The notes under the pieces: generated by a model | Told to the model about the DNA's origin: nothing | The model's database searches: none | Seen by the model: only the letters and a program-made list of their open reading frames with translations | In this document: positions 61,499-64,000 of the stretch, piece by piece | Numbering within the stretch: the stretch's first letter is position 1 | Layout: each line of letters begins with the position of its first letter | Assembly (NCBI GenBank): GCA_008690995.1 | Contig: VRMN01000014.1 | Coordinates: 186,001 to 250,000, forward strand | Length of the DNA: 64,000 bases | Reading direction: 5' to 3' | Source of the DNA: Porphyridium purpureum | Lineage: Eukaryota | Translations under genes and position numbers: made by a program

Positions 61499-64000
61499 TG
61501 TTGTTTAATCTCTTTAATAACTTGGTAGCGTGCGCTAATATAAGAGAAAACGCTACCGGATTACAATCGATAAACCGATACGTGCTCTCAGCTTTTGGAC
61601 ACACTTGCGTGTGCGGACACTGGAGAATTCCTCAAACAAGTGTTTAGCTCTCTCGCCAACCATGTCCTTCTTACCAAAATTACCTCTATTCCGGCGTCGC
61701 CGCCCCAAGCGGGCGCGCATTTTATACCTCGAGATCGGCGTCCGCCAAAGACGAAAACTTCCTCGCGTCCGCGATCTCTGCTCATCCGCCGCGCAAACGC
61801 GGCTCATCAGTTTGCCTCCATAGCGGCCACCATCTTCAACTTCTGCAGGTTCCTGCCATTTTCCACTCCTCTCCACCTGCGTCTCCGTGCACGTCAGGTG
61901 AGCGCGATGCTGCACAGCCCTTCGCAGGCTGTACTCATGCGAGTGTACCCCGTGTGCACTTTCTAAGCTCCTCCCGAGCGTCAGTGCAGCCGGAGTCGTA
62001 CGATATCTCAGGCTCATCCAGCATGACGACCGCCTCCCTGAATTTTTGTGGCCCGAGCGGCTTGGTAAAGATGCCTGCCGGGTTTTCCTTCCCGGCGACA
62101 AACCGCAGCTCACATCTTCCAAAGAGCTGTGCAGCAAAGACCTCATACAATGAGACGACCGCCACTCCTTGACTCTTGCGCAGGTGCTCAACCTTTGCAG
62201 AGTATCCATTGCACACCCACACGATCGCGACTTCAATATCACAATGCATAACCCCATGCTTTCCTCCTTGCAACCGTTCGGTTCCTACGAGCTCTTCCAC
62301 CAGGCTCATCGCTGGTAGAAACCCTCCAAACGTAGCCTCGTGGAGGCTGATTAGCTCGGCCTGTCCAGTAGAAGTGTCCACTACTTTCTGCTTGCGACTG
62401 CTCCAGTCGACAAGCGTCCACAATCGTTCGCTTCTAACGTACACAGCGTATCCTGTGGTGGACCTGCGCGTGGGCGGATATCCTGCATGGTCTACATCCC
62501 AAAAAACATGCACGTCAACGGGAGCCCGTCTTTCCTCCTCATTCACGAGGCGTCCAAACGAAATCTGGCTGAATGGGTGCGCACGCAAGTATCTCAATAG
62601 TTGTGCGAGTCCTTTCTCCGCGGCCTCGTTCCATGCATCCACAAACCGTGCCAGGTAGGCCACGGTGAACGCTATGCTCGGGCGCGACGTTCGTGCAACC
62701 CACATCAGCTTCCCAATGACCTCTCGAACGCATTCGCATCTCCCGGGCTCATCAAACAATGAGGCCTCCGGGTAGTCCATTGGTCTGCTGGCATCCATCG
62801 CGCTCGCGCTCTCCTCATGTTCTTTCACCAGCGTGCGCACGTAACCACTTCCATCCAGGGTGATCACCGTGTTCTCACGCGTGACGATCATTCCGAGATG
62901 CGGGATCTGCTCACCGTCATCTAGAAACAGCGTTCGTTTATCAGTCACAAAGTCTTCGTAATGCTCCTTGACGACCGTCCTTACATGCGCATCCCGACCG
63001 GCTATCAAGCCGTCGTCGACGTACAACACCGGCGAGGTCTCGCATCCGTCTGTCGTATGAATGTCGGTCAATCCTGCGCCACGGTTTACCATCCGCGCGT
63101 CTCCAGCTTTTTCCTGGCGAACGCCGCAAAATCCGAGCCCGATCGTGGCAACCCGTTGATTGCCTTCTTCAGAGGCACAACGCTCCCGCGCTCGCGGCTC
63201 GCCTCGGGCGGCAGCCACATAAACATTGGCGGGCCCACGAGCGGCGCCTGTAGATATGCGCTCGTAATGTCGACGAACGCCATCTAATCGCCTTTCGCTG
63301 CGTGCAATGCCAGCACGCTCCGGAGCGACCGTAACCCAGCCGGGGATTCATACGGCACGATAGAGTGTACCGCCTTTCCTTCAGCATCGGACAGGCGATC
63401 GCCTCCTGCCACCAACCGGCACTTCCACTTCTGGTGCTCAGCTCCGAGTTGTACGTTCTTCTTTGCAAAGATGCAGGGCGACCGCACAAACACAGCGTTC
63501 TTAACCTTTCGAGCCTCCTCGACCGATTTCGGGGATCCCCACACTTCACACTGTCCCATGGCCGAGATCTCTTTCGTCAATGCCTCCTGCGCCGCTGTCT
63601 CTTTCATTACCACATGCGGTCGCACAAGTTACTCTAGGGTTACTCTAGGGTCACCCCGCACTTAACCTCGGCTTTCATTCCGGCCGGCAACATTTCCTGG
63701 CTCTCCTCCATCATTCGTAGCGTTCGCTCCGCTACTCTTTCGTCCCTGCGGACCATCTTCTCCATCTTGGCGCTCGCCCTTTGCGCCTTCTGAGCCCATT
63801 CAAGCTACGAGAACGAACCTTCCACGGCCGTGTAGTCCTGCGTCTTTCCGACGCCAGGGCCCGTTCGGTTCCTCACCCACTCTCTGGGCACTACGTCCAT
63901 CGACCGCGGGGTTATCACCTTGCCCGGGGAGAATTACATCCATCCCGCGCGGCCCGAATTCCAGCATCCGCAGATGCATCCGCAGCGTTCCGTAAACCAC
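61499..64000 (-). mobile_element. Copia retrotransposon 3' part (RT, RNase H, 3' LTR ~61499-61916), decayed; runs off the window
   Basis: KCRLVAGG, VDITSAYLQA, YVDD, RRSTTG, STGQAE and IFTKPL are spread over broken frames. GCGAAGGGC PPT-like tract before TGTGCA; GTATAAAA; LTR end GATTAAACAACA. Confidence 0.9.

Overview
Eukaryotic, intron-poor, GC-rich DNA. Gene style (an 'MAFV' plastid-type N-terminus, plant-like genes, compact intergenics) suggests a unicellular red alga such as Porphyridium; this is inference. About half the window is transposon-derived. (1) A decayed Copia pol at 1-2348 carries a solo LTR inside its coding sequence. (2) A ~12-kb DNA-transposon-like element (~3084-15189) has a Plavaka/CMC-type transposase and four cargo ORFs in alternating orientation: a PWWP-like chromatin reader, a head-to-head pair of diverged paralogues of a domain I do not recognise, and an orphan. 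It is bounded by AT-rich subterminal repeats. (3) A Tc1/Tc3-like remnant lies at ~18.9-19.95 kb. (4) A triple-nested LTR block spans 34911-46483, and each younger element sits ~20 bp from the U5 end of the older LTR. The innermost element has Gypsy-type gag/protease, Copia-order pol, a Myb-like domain and TG...TG termini. (5) A Copia 3' end lies at 61499-64000. Host genes: a 22-repeat HNWD-like WD40/EF-hand protein, lysyl-tRNA synthetase, Dicer-like, a spliced 44-aa wound-inducible basic protein homologue missed by the ORF track, PI4-kinase, ALDH, a plastid-type DEAD-box helicase, a BTB protein, DUF1640, Tousled-like kinase and a RAD51 paralogue. All family calls come from motif recognition by eye; no searches were run.
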